From: the human T2T-CHM13v2.0 reference genome, Homo sapiens
Direction: 5' to 3' (one strand)
NCBI RefSeq assembly: GCF_009914755.1
Contig: NC_060947.1
Length of the DNA stretch: 64,000 nt
The notes beneath the pieces were generated by a model. That model saw only the letters and a list, made by a program, of their open reading frames with translations, searched no databases and was not told the origin of the DNA. A program made the translations under genes and the position numbers. Positions 42,741 through 56,500 of this stretch are shown here, piece by piece. The stretch's first letter is position 1. Every line of letters starts with the position of its first letter.

Positions 42741-44277
42741 TTGCCCCCATGTTTCTAGTGTTGAATCCTCAATAAAATTTCTATAACAAATACTGGTCAC
42801 CTACATGTATTTATTTACCTTTAAATTTTTAGTTGACATGTGAAAGTTACATGTATTTATGGAATAGAAGGTGATATCTCAATGCATATATACAATGTGT
42901 AATGATAAAATAAGGGTAATTAGCATACCATTACTTCAAATATTTATTATTTGTTTGTGTTGGGAACATTCAAAATCCTTTCTTCTACCTATCTGGAAAT
43001 ATAAAATAAAGCATTGTTAACTATACTCACAAGATAGTGCTATAGAACACTAGAATTGATTTTTCCTATCTAGCTGTAACCTTGTATTCATTAACCAAAC
43101 TCTCCCTAGCCTCTTCTTCATGCTCCTCTTCTCAGTCTCTAATAACCACAGTCCTACTCTCCTCTTATATATGCTCAACTTATCATTCACATATTACTGA
43201 AAATATGTGGTATTTACCCTTCCGTGTCTGACTTATTTCACTTAACATTATATTCTCCAGGTTTATCCATATTGCTGCCAATGACAGAAATTCATTCTGT
43301 TTTATGGCTGAATAGTATTTTGTTGTGTATATATATCACATTTTCTATATCCATTCATATGTTGATGGACACTTAGATTCATATCTTGACTATAGTGAAT
43401 AATGCTGCAATAAACATGGAGGTACAAATATCTCTTCGAGATACTGATTTCTTTTCCTTTGGATAAATACCCAGTAGTGGGATTGCTGGATCATATGGTA
43501 GTTCTATTTTCATTTTATTGAGAACATTTCATAATGTGTTTTATAGTGGCTGTACTAATTTGCATTTCCACCAACAGTTTAAAAGAGTTCCCTTTTCTCT
43601 GCATCTTCACCTTCACTTTTGTCTTTTTGATAATGGCCATTCTAACTAGGGTGAGATCATATCTCATTGTGCTTTTGATTTGCTTTGCTTTAATGATTAG
43701 TGATGTTGAGCATTATATCATATAGCTGTTGGTCACTAGTATGTCTTCCTTTGAGTAATGTCTATTCAGGTCCTTTGCCCTTTTTTTAATAAAATTACTT
43801 GATTTTTTGCTATTGTTTGAGCTTCTTGTATATTTGAGATATTAGTCATTGTCAGAAGAATAGTTTGCAAATACTTTCTATCATTCTACAGGTAGTCTCT
43901 TTATTCTGTTGATTGTTTCCCTTGCTGTAAAGATTTTTAATTTGAAATATTTGATTTGTCTATTTTTGTTTCTGTTGCTCATGCTTTTGAAGTCTTATCC
44001 ATAAAATATTTGCCCAGACCTATGTCCTGAAGTGTTCCCCCTATGTTTTCTTCAATAGTTTTCTAACTTTGTTTCTTATATTTAAGTCTTTAATACATTT
44101 TGAGTTGATTTTTGTATATGGTGAGAGATAGGGGTTCACATTTATTCTCCTGCATCTGATTATCCAGTTTTCCAAGCACTGTTTATTGAAAATAGTGGCC
44201 TTTCTCCAATGTATGTGATTGATGACTGTATTCAAGATCAGTTAGTTGTAAATATGTGGATTTATTTCTATATGCTC

Positions 44278-44642
44278 TGCATTAGTCCGTTTTTATGCTA
44301 CTGAAAAAGACATACCTGAGACGGAGAAGAAAAAGAGGTTTAATTCATTTACGGTTCCACATGGCTGGGGAGGCCTCACAATCATGGTGGAAGGCGAGGA
44401 AGAGAAAATTACATATTACATGGATGGCAGCAGGCAAAGAGTGAGAGATCTTGCACAGGGGAACTCCTCTTTTTAAAACCATCTGATCTCATGAGACTTA
44501 TTCACTATCACAAGAACAGCACAAGAAAGACCTTTCGCCATGATTCAGTTACCTCCCACTGTGTTCCTCCCAAAAAATGTGGGAATTGTGGGAGTTACAA
44601 TTCAAGATGAGATTTGGGTGTGGACATAACCAAACTGTATGA
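44278..44642 (-). mobile_element. THE1A/B solo LTR
   Basis: gagacggagaagaaaaagaggtttaatt...ggatggcagcaggcaaaga...caagatgagatttgggtg; perfect 5-bp TSD tgctc. Confidence 0.93.
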
Positions 44643-45773
44643 TGCTCCATTGGTCTATGGGTCTATTTTTAAAACAAAACCATGGCGTTTTGGTTACTAT
44701 AACCTTGTAATATGGTTTAAAGTCAGTTAGTGTGCTGCCTCCAGCTTTGTTTTTTTTGCTCCAGATTGCTTCAGGTATATGGGCTCATTTTTTGTTCTAA
44801 AGAATTTTGGAGATTATTTTATCTGTTTCTGTAAAGAATGTTACTGGTATTTTAATGGGGATTTTATTGAATTTGTATATTGCTTTGTGTAAAATGTTCC
44901 TTTTAAGAATATTAATTCTTCCAGTCCATGAAAATAGGATGTCTATTCATTTTTGGTGTGTCTAATCTTCAATTTTCATTTTCATCAGTGTTTTTTAGTT
45001 TTCATTGGAGAGATCTTACATGCCATTAGCTAATTTCATTTCTAGGCATAATGTATTTTTTATAGCTATTAAAATCATATTGCTTTCTTGATTTCCTTGT
45101 CAGTTAGTTTGATATTGATGTATAGGAATGTTACTAATTTTTGTATGTTGATTTTCTGTTCTGCAATTTTACTGAATTTATTTATCAGTTTTGATGTGTT
45201 TTTTTGTGGGATATTTAGGTTTCACAGATATGAGATCATATTATCTGTAAAGAGGGACAATTTGACTTTCTCTATTTTAATTGTGGAAGCCCTATGTTTT
45301 CTTCTATTTCTTATTGGTCTGGCTAGGATATTCAGTACAATGATGAATAAGAGTGGTAAAAGTGGGCATCCTTGTCTTTTTCCAGTTGTTAGAGAAAAAT
45401 TTTTCTACTTTTCCCCATTTAGTATAATTTTTGCTGTGGGTTTGTCAAACACAGCCTTTATTGTGTTGAGATATGTAACTACTATGCATAATTTATGGAG
45501 TTTCTATCATGAAGGGAAGGTGAATCTCCTCAAATGTGTTTTCTGTATCCATTGAGATGATTGTGTGATTGTTATGTGATATAACACATATCACATCATG
45601 TAGTTGCTATATGATATATCACATTTATTCTATTGATGTGATATATCACATTTATTGATTTGAATATGTTGAATCATCCTTGTACTTTTGAGATAACTCC
45701 CACGTGATCATAGTTTATTATATTTTTGATGTGCTGTTTGATTAGTCTTATAGTATTTTGTTGAGAATTTTTA

Positions 45774-46080
45774 TTTATTATTTATTTATTTATTTTTGAG
45801 ATGGAGTCTCTCTCTGTAGCCCAGGCTGAAGTACAATGGCATGATCTCGGATCACTGCAACCTCTGCCTCCAGGGCTCAAGCAATTCTGGTGCCTTAGTC
45901 TCCTGAGTAGGTGGGACTACAGGTGTATGCCACCATGCCCGGACAATTTTTTTCGTATTTTAGTAGAGACGGGGTTTCACCATTTGCCCAGGATGGTCTC
46001 AAATTCCTGAGCTCAAGAGATCCATCTACCTTGGCCTTCCAGAGTGCTGGGACTACAGGTATGAGCCACCATGCCCAGAC
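45774..46080 (-). mobile_element. Alu (Jb or early S)
   Basis: Full antisense Alu with (ttta)n tail; TSD ttgttgagaattttta / ttgttgaggattttta. Confidence 0.93.
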
Positions 46081-46484
46081 TTGTTGAGGATTTTTACATC
46101 TATGTTCATCAGGGATATTGGAGCCTATAGTTTTCTGTTTGTTTTTTTGTTTGTTTGCATCCTTGTCTGGTTTTCGTAAAAAGATAGTGCTGTTTTTGTT
46201 GAATAAGGAAGAATTCCCCCTTTTTCTATTTGTTTTTAATAGTTTGAGAAGAATCAGTATTAGTGCTTTTTTAAAAGTCTGGTAGAATTCAGCAGTAAAT
46301 TTTAATAAAACTTTGTTAAAATTTGTTTTCTGACCAAACATATGGTCTATGCTAGAGAATGTTTCATGTGCTGATGAGAATAATGTGTATTATGCAACTG
46401 TTGAATGAAATGTTCTATAAATGACAGGTTCGTTTGGTTTACGGTGCAAGTTAAATTCAATGTTTCTTTCATAATGTTATATCT

Positions 46485-49400
46485 AGATTACACTGTGGTC
46501 TGAGAGACTGTTTGTTATGATTTCAGTTCTTTTGCATTTGCTGAGGAGTGTTTTACTTCTAATTATGTGGTCAATTTTAGAAAAAATGCCAAGTGGCATT
46601 GAAAAGAATGTATATTCTGTTGATTTGGAGTAGAGAGTTCTGTGGATGTCTACCAGGTCCCCTTGATCCAGAGCTGAGTTCAAGTCCTGAATATCCTTGT
46701 TAATTTTCTGTCTCATTGATCTGTCTGATATTGACAGTTTGGTGTTAAAGGCTCCCACTATTATTGTGTAGGAGTCTAAGTCTCTTTGTAGTCTCTAAGA
46801 ACTTGTTTTATGAATCTGGGTGCTCCTGCATTGGGTGCATATATATTCAGAATAGTTAGCATTTCTTGTTGGATTGTTCCTTTTACCATTATGTAATGTC
46901 CTTCTTGTCTTTTTTTATCTTTGTTGATTTAAAGTCTGTTTTGTCAGAGACTAAGACTGCAACCCCTGCTTTTTTTCTGCTTTTTGTTTGCTTGGTAAAT
47001 TTTTCACCATCCCTTTGTTTGAGCCTATGTGTGTCTTTCCATATGAGATAGATCTCCTGAATACAACACACCGATGGATATTGACTCTTTCTCCAATTTT
47101 CCAGTATGTGTATTTTAATTGGGGCATTTAGCCCACTTACATTTAAGGTTAGTATTGTTATGTGTGAATTTGATCCTGTCATCATGATGCTATCTGGTTA
47201 TTTTGCACACTAGTTGATGCAGTTTCTTCATAGTGTCATTTGTCTTTATATTTTGGTGTGTTTTTGCAGTGGCTGGTACTGGTTTTTCCTCTCCGTATTT
47301 AGTGTTTCTTGCAGGATCTCTTGCAAGGCAGACCTAATGGTAACGAAATCCCTCAGCATTTGCTTGTCTGGAAAGGATTTTATTTCTCCATTGTTTATGA
47401 AGCTCAATTTGGCTGAATATGAAACTCTGGGTTGAAAATTCTTTTCTTTAATAATGCTGAATATTGGCCCCCAGTCTCTTCTGGCTTGTAGAGCTTCTGC
47501 TGAGAGCTCTGCTATTAATCTGATGAACTTTCCTTTGTGGGTGGCCTGGCCTTTCTCTCTGGCTGTCCTTAACAATTTTTCCTTCATTTTGACCTTGGAA
47601 TATCTGATGATTATGTCTCGGGGTTGATCGTCTCATGGAGTATCTTAGTGGTGTTTTCTGTATTTCCTGAATTTGCATGTTGGCCTGCCTTACTAGGTTG
47701 CGGAAGTTCTCCTGGATAATATCCTGAAGTGTGTTTTCCAGCTTGCTTCCATTCTCCCCATCTCCTTCAGGTACTCCAATCAATCACAAGTTCAGTCTTT
47801 TTATGAAGTCCCACATTTCTTGGAGGCTTTGTTCCTTCCTTTTCATTCTTTTTTCTCTAGTCTTATCTACATGCCTTATTTCAGCAAAGTGGTCTTCAAA
47901 CTGATATCCTTTCTTCTGTTTGGTCAATTTAGTTATTGATACTTGTATATGATTCATGAAGTTCTTATGCTGTATTTTTCAGCTCCATCAGGTCATTTAT
48001 TTTCCTCTCTAAATTGGCTATTCTAATTAGCAGCTCCTCTAACTTTTTATCAAGGTTCTTAGCTTATTTGCTTTGGGTTAAAACATGCTCCTTTAGCTCA
48101 GTGTAGTTTTTTATTACCCATCTTCTGAAGCCTCCTTCTGTCAATTCAACTATCTCATCATCCGTCCAGTTCTGCACCCTTGCTGGAGAGACGTTGTGAT
48201 AATTTGGAGGAGTAGAAGCACTCTGGCCTTTTGGGTTTTTGGCATTTATTTTAAATTGTTGTTGATTCTTTCTCATCTTTGTGAGTTTGTCTAGTTTCAA
48301 TCTTTGCGGCTGCTGACCCTTGGATAGGGTTTTTTGGGGCCTTTTGTTGTTGATGTTGTTGTTGTTGCTTTCCGTTTGTTTGTTTTTCTTTCAATGCTCA
48401 GATCCCTCTTCTGTAGAGCTGCTACAGTTTTCTGTGGGTTCACTTCAGAGCCTATTCACCTGGTTCACTCCCACGCCTGGAGATGTCACTTAAGGAGCCT
48501 GGAGAACAGCAGAGATAGGTGCCTGCTCCTTCTTCTGGGATATCTGACCTCGAAGGGCACCAACCTGATGCCAGTAGGCTCCTGTGTAGGATGTCTAACA
48601 ATCCCTGTTGGAGGGTCCCACCCAGTTGGGTGGCACGGGGAACAGGACCCATTTAATGAAGCACTTTGTCTGTCCCTTGGTGGAGGGGGTGTGCTTCACT
48701 GGGGAAAAACCCACTAGTCTGGGCTGCCTGGATTCCTCAGAACTACCAGGAGAAAAGGCTATGTCTGCTGGTCGGCAGAGACTGTGGCCACCCCTCCCCT
48801 GGAGCCTCAGGCCCAGGGAGATCCAGGTTCTCTCTCTGAGCCTCTGGCTAGAGTTATTGGAGTTCCCAATGAGGAAGGATGAGTCAGAGTCAAGCCTGAA
48901 GAGGCACTGTGGTTTCAGTCTGCCACAGTCAGTGTGTTGGGCTGTGGGGGACAGGTCTTTTGACCAAGTGGTCCAGCCTCCCTGGCTCCAGCAGGGGAAA
49001 AGCACAGCCTGGAGCTATAGAGATGGATGCCACCCTTCCGTTGCCCGGGGAGCTTAGCATGTTAGACAGTTGTGAGTCCCAGTGCTGAGTGCTTCCCGTC
49101 CCCTGAGGAGCTCAAATGGCTTAGACAGCAGGCAGCCGCAGCTGTGGTGTTGGTCACCCCTCCCCCCAGGAGCCTGCTAGGCTTAAGCAGATTCCAGCTA
49201 AGAGTCTGTTGAGAATCTGCAGGGGTCTGGGGTTGGGACGTTAGTTCCCTGTGGCATGGGTTCACGAGTGGGATCTTCTAATCTGTGGGTTGCACAGTTC
49301 TGTGGAAAAAGCACAGTTTCCCTGGCTGGGTGGCATGCTCACTCACTGCCTCCTTTGGCTGGGGTGGTGGGGGCTCTCTTGCCCCATGTGGCTCTCAGGT

Positions 49401-49570
49401 GGGCCACAGCACTACATTGCTCTTCCTTGCTCTCCGTGGATCACGCCAGCCTCCTAGTCATTTCTGATGAGAGAACCTCGATACCTTGGTTGCTAGTAAA
49501 GGATTCACATGCTTACTATGGTTCGTTTTGATGGGAGTCTCTGAACGCCACTGTTTCTAGTGAGCCATCT
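46485..49570 (-). mobile_element. 5' portion of an L1PA8-12-type element: 5'UTR, frameshifted ORF1, ORF2 endonuclease domain; 3' part absent
   Basis: MTGSNSHITILTLNV (ORF2 start), MKEKLLRTAREKGQ and IGVPEGDGENGSKLEN (ORF1); 5' end AGATGGCTCACTAGAAACAG. Confidence 0.92.
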
Positions 49571-49576
49571 AAAAAC

Positions 49577-50085
49577 CATTATATATAAAGTTTCGGTGCC
49601 GCAAAAGAAATAGCACTCGAATATAAAATTTTATTTTTAATTCTCAGCAAGGCAAGGTACTTCTATAGAAGGGTGCACCCTCACAGATGGAGCAATGGCG
49701 AGTGCACACCTGGACAAGGGAGGGAAAGGGGTTCTTATCCCTGATGCACGTGGCACCTGCTGCTGTGTCATTCCCCTATTGGCTAGGGTTGGACCGCACA
49801 GGCTAAACTGATTCCAACTGGCTAATTTAGAGAATGATGGGGTGAGTGCCTTGGTGGGAAAAAAAAAATGGTTATGCAGGGTGGAGAAAAATGAGTCAGG
49901 GTGGAGCAGGTAGCAGGTAACCGGAATAAGTCAGGGTGGAGCAGGTGATCGGAATGAGTCAGGGTAGAGTAGATAATGGAAAAAGGTTGCTTTATGTGGA
50001 AGTTAAGTTTAAAAATACAAGGCAAAGAACTGAACATACTGACATATTAATTCTTTGAAGACAAATTTAGAATTCATATTTAACA
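49577..50085 (-). mobile_element. LTR10A/F-type LTR (HERV-I group) with AP-1-motif tandem repeat
   Basis: Minus strand starts TGTTAAATATGAATTCTAAATTTGTCTTCAAAGAATTAATATGTCAGTATGTTC; repeat unit CTGCTCCACCCTGACTCATT; ends ...GGCACCGAAACTTTATATATAA. Confidence 0.9.
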
Positions 50086-50586
50086 TTTCTTTACTTAAAA
50101 AGACTTTTCAAGTTTCTTTGACAACTATACCCTTAAAGTATTTCTAAATTAAATTAAATGATAGGTATTTATCTTAATTCTAAATCATTTTTAATTAAGA
50201 TAAAATGTGTTGCCAAATAATAACTAAGATAACTAAAAGTTAAACATTCTAATTACTATTTTATGTAATTATGTAATTAAAAACTAAAACTAAAAAAAAG
50301 ATAGTATACAAAATTTACAAAAATGTAAGATATGTCTGTTTGGAGAAAGGTAAGAAAAAGGCATGAGGATGTGGTTTTTGTTAAAGAAAACGTAATTTTG
50401 TCTAGTTTACCTGGTATTTAAAAGTTGTTTCAAATTTTTTTAATTAAAAATTATATAGATAAACTAAAATGAGTACAAATATTATAAAGATTTATAAAAT
50501 AAGAAACTTACAAAATAATTTATGTGTGATCAAACTAACTAAAATTAATAAATTTATTATAAGGATTTTTAAAAATGAGCATTCAT

Positions 50587-53500
50587 CAATGACAGATAGC
50601 AGGCAGGACTAACTTGTAGCTCCCACTCGGATGGACAGAACAGCATATGGAGCATCGTGAACTTTTGTTCCAAGCACTACTGCAGGAAAGTATCAGGAAA
50701 ACTGAAAGAATTCACAGACCCACTGAAAGAAGTGGCTTGCCACTGCAAACTCCATAATAAAGACAAAACACTGAGACAAAGCAAGCCCCACCCAAGGAGA
50801 GTAGGGCTCAGACATGCCTTGCCCTACCCCAGCTGATGTTCTTTCTCTACTAGCCCTGGTAGCCAAAGACAAAAGACATAATCACTTGGGAGGTCTATGG
50901 CCCCACCCATCACCTGAGAAACCCGAATATCTATCCAGGAAACCTTAGAGCAAGCTTGTATGCCTCCTATACTACTGCAGCTAACGCTCTCTTGAAAGTT
51001 TCACCTCCTGGCTGAAGGCCAACCAACTCAACCCATTACAGCAACTCATTGAAGAACAACCCTGCTTCAAGAAAGGAGAAGACAACAGCTAATTCCACTG
51101 CAGGGAACATTCTGTAACCAGAGGTCTTGAGCCTGTCCACATGACAACTTCACTGCTAGCACAACCAGCACTGGGGAAAACCAGCACACTAAACAAAACT
51201 ACATCCAAGGACACTCACAGAGTCCACTTTACTCTCCTGCTACCTCTCCTGGATCAGGTGGTGGTATGTATACCTGAGAGACCAAAAGATAGATCATACC
51301 ATATGACTTTTTGCAGACACTACCCTGTACCAGTCCAGAGCCCAGTAGCTCTGCTGGGAGGCTAGACCCAGAGGAGCAATAACAATCACTGCAGTCCAGC
51401 TCTCAGGAAGTCCCATCCTTAGGAGAAAGGTGAGTGCACCACATCAAAGGATCACACCCACCCCATGGGACAAAAGAAGCTTACCAGCAGCCTTTGGGCC
51501 CCAGATCTTTCCTCTGACATAGTCTACCTGAAAGAGAAAGAAATAGAAAAACAATTCTGATAATATGACAAAACAAAATTTGTCAACACCCCCAAAATTA
51601 CACATTAGCTCACCAGCAATGGATCCAAACCAAGAAGAAATCTCTGAACTGTCAGAAAAATAATTTAGGAGGTCAATTATTGAGCTACTCAAGGAGGCAC
51701 CAGGGAAAGGTAAAAACCAGCTTAAAGAAATTAAGAAAACAAAACAGGATTTGGAAGAAAAAATCTCCAGAGAAATAGATAGCACAAATAAAAAACAATA
51801 AAAACTTCTGGAAATGAAAGACACACTTAGAGAAGAGCAAAATGCACTGGAAAGTTTCAACAGTTGAATCAAACAAGTAGAAAAAAGAACTTCATAACTC
51901 AAAGACAAGGCTTTCAAATTAACCCAATCTGATGAAGAGAAAAAAAAAAGAATAAAAAAATAAACAAAGTTTTTAAGCATTTTGGAATTACATTAAATGA
52001 CCAAACCTAAGAATAATTGGAGTTCCCGGGAAACAAGATAAATCTAAAAGTTTTGGAAAATTATTTGAGGAAAACTTCTCTGATCTTGCTAGAGATCTAG
52101 GCATCCAAATAGAGGAAGCTCAAAGAACAGCTGGGAAATTCGTCACAAAAAGATCATCACCTAGGCACACAGTCATCAGATTATATAAATTGAGATGAAG
52201 GAAAGAATATGAAGAGCTGTGAGGCAAAAACATCAGGTAACCTATAAAGAAAAACCTATCAGGTAAACAGCAGATTTCTCAGCAGAAAGCCTACAAGCTA
52301 GAAGAGATTAGGGTCCTACTTTTAGCCTCCTTAATCAAAACCATTATTGGCTAAGAATTTTGTATCCAGCAAGACTAAGCTTCACAAATCAAGAAAAGAT
52401 AGTCTTTTTCAGACAAACAAATGCTGAGAGAATTCATCACTACCAAGTCAGCCTATGAAAACTGCTAAAAGGAGCTCTAAATTTTGAAACAAATCTTCAG
52501 TATACACCAACATGAACCCGCTTAAAGCATAAATCTCACATGACCTATAAAAGGATAACACAATGAAAAAACAAACAAACAAAAAAACAAAAAGCATTCA
52601 AGCAACAACTAGTATGATGAATAGAATAATATCACACATCTCAATACTACCATTGAATGTAAATGGACTATATGTTCCAATTGGATACATAATGGCAGAA
52701 AGGATAAGACTTCAACAGCCAAGGATCTATTATCTTCAAGAGATTCACCTAACATATAAGGACTCACATAAACTTAAGGTAAAGGGGTGGAAAAAGATAT
52801 TTTATGCAAAATGAAACCAAGAACTAGCAGGACAAGCTGTTGTTATATCAGACAAAATAGACATTAAAGCAAAAACAGTCAAAAAAAAAAAGAGAGACAT
52901 TATATAATGATAAAAGGACTAGTCCAACAGGAAAATATCACAATCCTAAATATAAATGCACCTAACACTGGAGCTTCTAAATTTATAAAACAATTACTCC
53001 TAGACCTAAGAAATGGCATAGATGGTCACACAATAATAGTGGGGGACTACAATATTCCTCTGACAGCACTAGATAGGTCATCAAGACAGAAAGTCAATAA
53101 AGAAACAGTGGACTTAAACTATATCCTAGAACAAGTGGACTTAACAGATATTTATACAACATTCTACTAAACAACTGCAGAATATACATTCTGTTCATCA
53201 GCACATAAAACATTCTCCAGGATAGACTTTATGGTAGGACACAAAACAAGTCTCGATAAATTTAAGAAAACAGAAATTTTATCAAGTACTCTTTCAGACC
53301 ACAGTGGGATAAAATTAGAAATAAACTCCAAAAGAAACCCTCAAAACCATGCAAATAGACACAGATTAAATGATCTGTTCCTGAATGATTGTTGGGTCAA
53401 CAATGAAATCAAGATGAAAATTAAAAAAAAACTTTGAACTGAATTACAATAGTGAAACAGCTTATTAAAACCTCTCAGATACAGCAAAAGTGGTGCTAAG

Positions 53501-56500
53501 AAGAAAGTTCATAGCATTAAGTGCCTCCATCAAAAAGTCTAAAAGAGCTCAAATAGATAATCAATAGTCACACCTCAAGGAACTAGAAGAAAAGGAACAA
53601 ATCAAACCCAAGCCCAACAGAAGAAAAGAAATAACAAAGATCAGAACAGAACTAAATGAAATTGAAACAAAAAAATACAAAAGGTAAATAAAACAAAAAG
53701 ATGGTTCTTCAAAAAGATAAACAAACTTGGTAGACCTTTAGTGAGATTAACTATAAAAAGAAGAGAGAAGATCCAAATAAAGTCAATTGGAAACAAAACA
53801 GGAGATATAACAATTGATACCACAGAAACATAAAAGATCATTCAAGGCTACTATGAACACCTTTATGCACACAAACAAGAAAACCTAGAGGAGATGGATA
53901 ATTTTCTAAAAATATGCAACCCTCGTAGATTAAACCAGGAAGAAACAGAAACTTAGAACAGATCAATAGCAAACAATGAGATTGAAATGGTAACACAAAA
54001 ATTAGCAAAAAATGTCCAGGACTAGACATATTCACAACTGAATTTTATCAGACATTCAAAGAATAATTGGTACCAATCCTATTGAAATTATTCCAAAAAA
54101 CAGAGCAAGTGAAAATCCTCCCTAAATCATTTTATAAAGCCAGCATCACCCAAATACCTATACCAGGAAATAACATAACAAAAAGAAAACTACAGACCAA
54201 TATCCCTGATGAACATAGATGCAAAAATCCTCAACAAAATTCTAGCTAACCAAATCTAAGAGCGGATTAAAAAATAACCAATAAAAATAAATGGTTTTAT
54301 ACCAGGAATGCAAGGGTGGCTTAGCATACATAAGTCAATAAATGTGATACACCACATAAACAGATTTAAAAACAAAAATCATGTGATCATCTCAATATAT
54401 GCAGAAAAAGCAAGAGACAAAAAACTAGCATCACTTTATGATTAAAATCCTTAGCAAAATCGGCATAGAAGGAACATACCTTAAGGCAATAAAAGCCAAG
54501 GATGACAAACCCACAGCCAACATCATACTGAATGGGGCAATGTTGAAAGCATTTCTCACAAAAACTGGAACAAGACAAGTACGTGCACTCTCACCACTTC
54601 TTTTCAACATAGTACTGGAAATCCTAGCCAGAGCAATCAGACAAAAATAAATAAATAAATAAAGGGCATCCAAATCAGTAAAGAGGAAGTAAAATTGTTG
54701 CTGTTCACTGATGATATGATTGTATACCTAGAAAACATTAAAGACTCATCCAAAAAGCTTCTAGATCTGATTAATAAATTCAGTAAAGTTTGAAGGTACA
54801 AAATCAATGTACATGAATTAGTAGCACTGCTATATACCAACAGTGACCAAGCTGAGAATCAAATCAAGAACTCAACCCCTTTTATAATAACTGTAAAACA
54901 TAAATAAATAAATAACATACTTAGGAATATACCTAACCAAAGAGGTGAAAGACCTCTACAAGGAAAACTACAAAACACTGCTGAAAGAAATCACAGATGA
55001 CAAAATCAAGTGTAAACATAGCCCATGCTCATGGCTTGGTAGAATCAACATTGTGAAAATGACCATACTGCAAAAAGGAATCTACGAATTCAATCCTCAT
55101 TGAATTAGTCATCAAAACACCATTGTGATTCTCCATCAAAACACCAATCCTCATTGAATTGGTCATCAAAACACCATTATGATTCTTCACAGAACTAGAA
55201 AAGACAGTGCTGAAATTCATATGGAACCAAAAAAGAGCCTGCATAGCCAAAGTGAGACTAAGCAAAAAGAAGAAATCTGGAAGAATCACATTTCCCGACT
55301 TCAAACTATACTATTAAGGCTATAGTCACCAAAACAGCATGGTATTGGTATAAAAATACACATATAGATTAATGCAAAACAACAGAGAACCCAAATATAA
55401 AGCCAAATTCTTACAGCCAAGTGAACTTTGACAAAGTGAACAAAAACATAAAGTGAAGAACGGACACCCTATTCAACAAATGGTGCTGGGATAATTGTCA
55501 AGCCACATGTAGAAGAATAAAACTGGATCCTCATCTCTCACCTATTGAAAACTCAACTCAAGATGGATCACAGATTTAAACCTAAGACCTGAAACCATAA
55601 ATATTCTAGAAGATGATAAAATTGGAAACACCCTTCTTGGCTTAGCAAAGATTAGGCAAAGATTTCATGACCAAGAACACAAAAGCAAATGCAACAAAAT
55701 GCAACAAAAACATAGATACATAGATGGGACTTAATTAAATTAAAAAGCTTCTGTACAGCAAAAGAAATGATCAGCAGAGTAAACAGACAGCCCACAAAGT
55801 AAGAAAAAAATCTTTGCAAACTATGTATCTATTAAAGGGCTAATATCCAGAATGTACAAGGAACTCAAATAATCAAGAACAAAACAAATGATTCTATCAA
55901 AAAGTGGGCTAAAACATGAGGAGAGAATTATCAAAAGAAGATGTACAAATGGCCAACAAGCATATGGAAAAATGCTCAACATCACTAATTATCAAGGAAA
56001 TGCAAGTCAAAACCACAATGCAATACCACCTTACTCCTTCAAGAATGGCCATAATTAAAATAATAATAGTAATAGATGTTGGTTTGGATGTGGTGAAAAG
56101 AGAAAAATTTTACACAGCTGATGGGAATGTAAACTAGCCCAATCACTATGGAAAACATTATGGAGATTCTTTAAAGAACTAAAAGTGGATCTACCATTTG
56201 ATCCAGCAATACCACTAATGGGTATCTGCCAAGAGAGAAATAAGTCATTATATGAAAAAGGCACTTGCACATGCATGTTTATAGCAGCACAATTCACAAC
56301 TGCAAAAACATGGAACTAGCCTAAATGTCCATCAATCAACAAGCGGATAAAGAAAATGTGGTATATAAATGCCATGGAATACTACTCAGCCATTGAAAGA
56401 ATGGCATTCACAGCAACCTGGGTGGAGTTGGAGACCATTATTCTAAGTGAAGTAACTCACGAATGGAAAACCAAACATTGTGGATTCTCACTTGTAAGTT

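Larger units (their letters stand above)
42820..46470 (-). mobile_element. L1MA5/6-type element (3'UTR plus ORF2, internal deletion near 46300) containing THE1 and Alu insertions
   Basis: 3' terminus tgtgtaatgataaaataagggtaattagcatacc; ORF2 fragment IFNKQCLENW; [10 protein letters not shown] joined to [10 protein letters not shown]. Confidence 0.85.

Noticed and set aside
45088-45555. Hydrophobic 155-aa ORF resembling a membrane protein (also 51444-51980 and 17992-18348)
   Set aside because: Antisense frames of A-rich L1 coding sequence routinely give F/L/I-rich ORFs.
48334-49531. Cluster of overlapping GC-richer ORFs
   Set aside because: L1 5'UTR sequence, where higher GC lowers stop frequency; no recognisable product.
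49880-49975. Direct repeats resembling a repeat-spacer array
   Set aside because: The known LTR10 internal tandem repeat; units are adjacent with no unique spacers.
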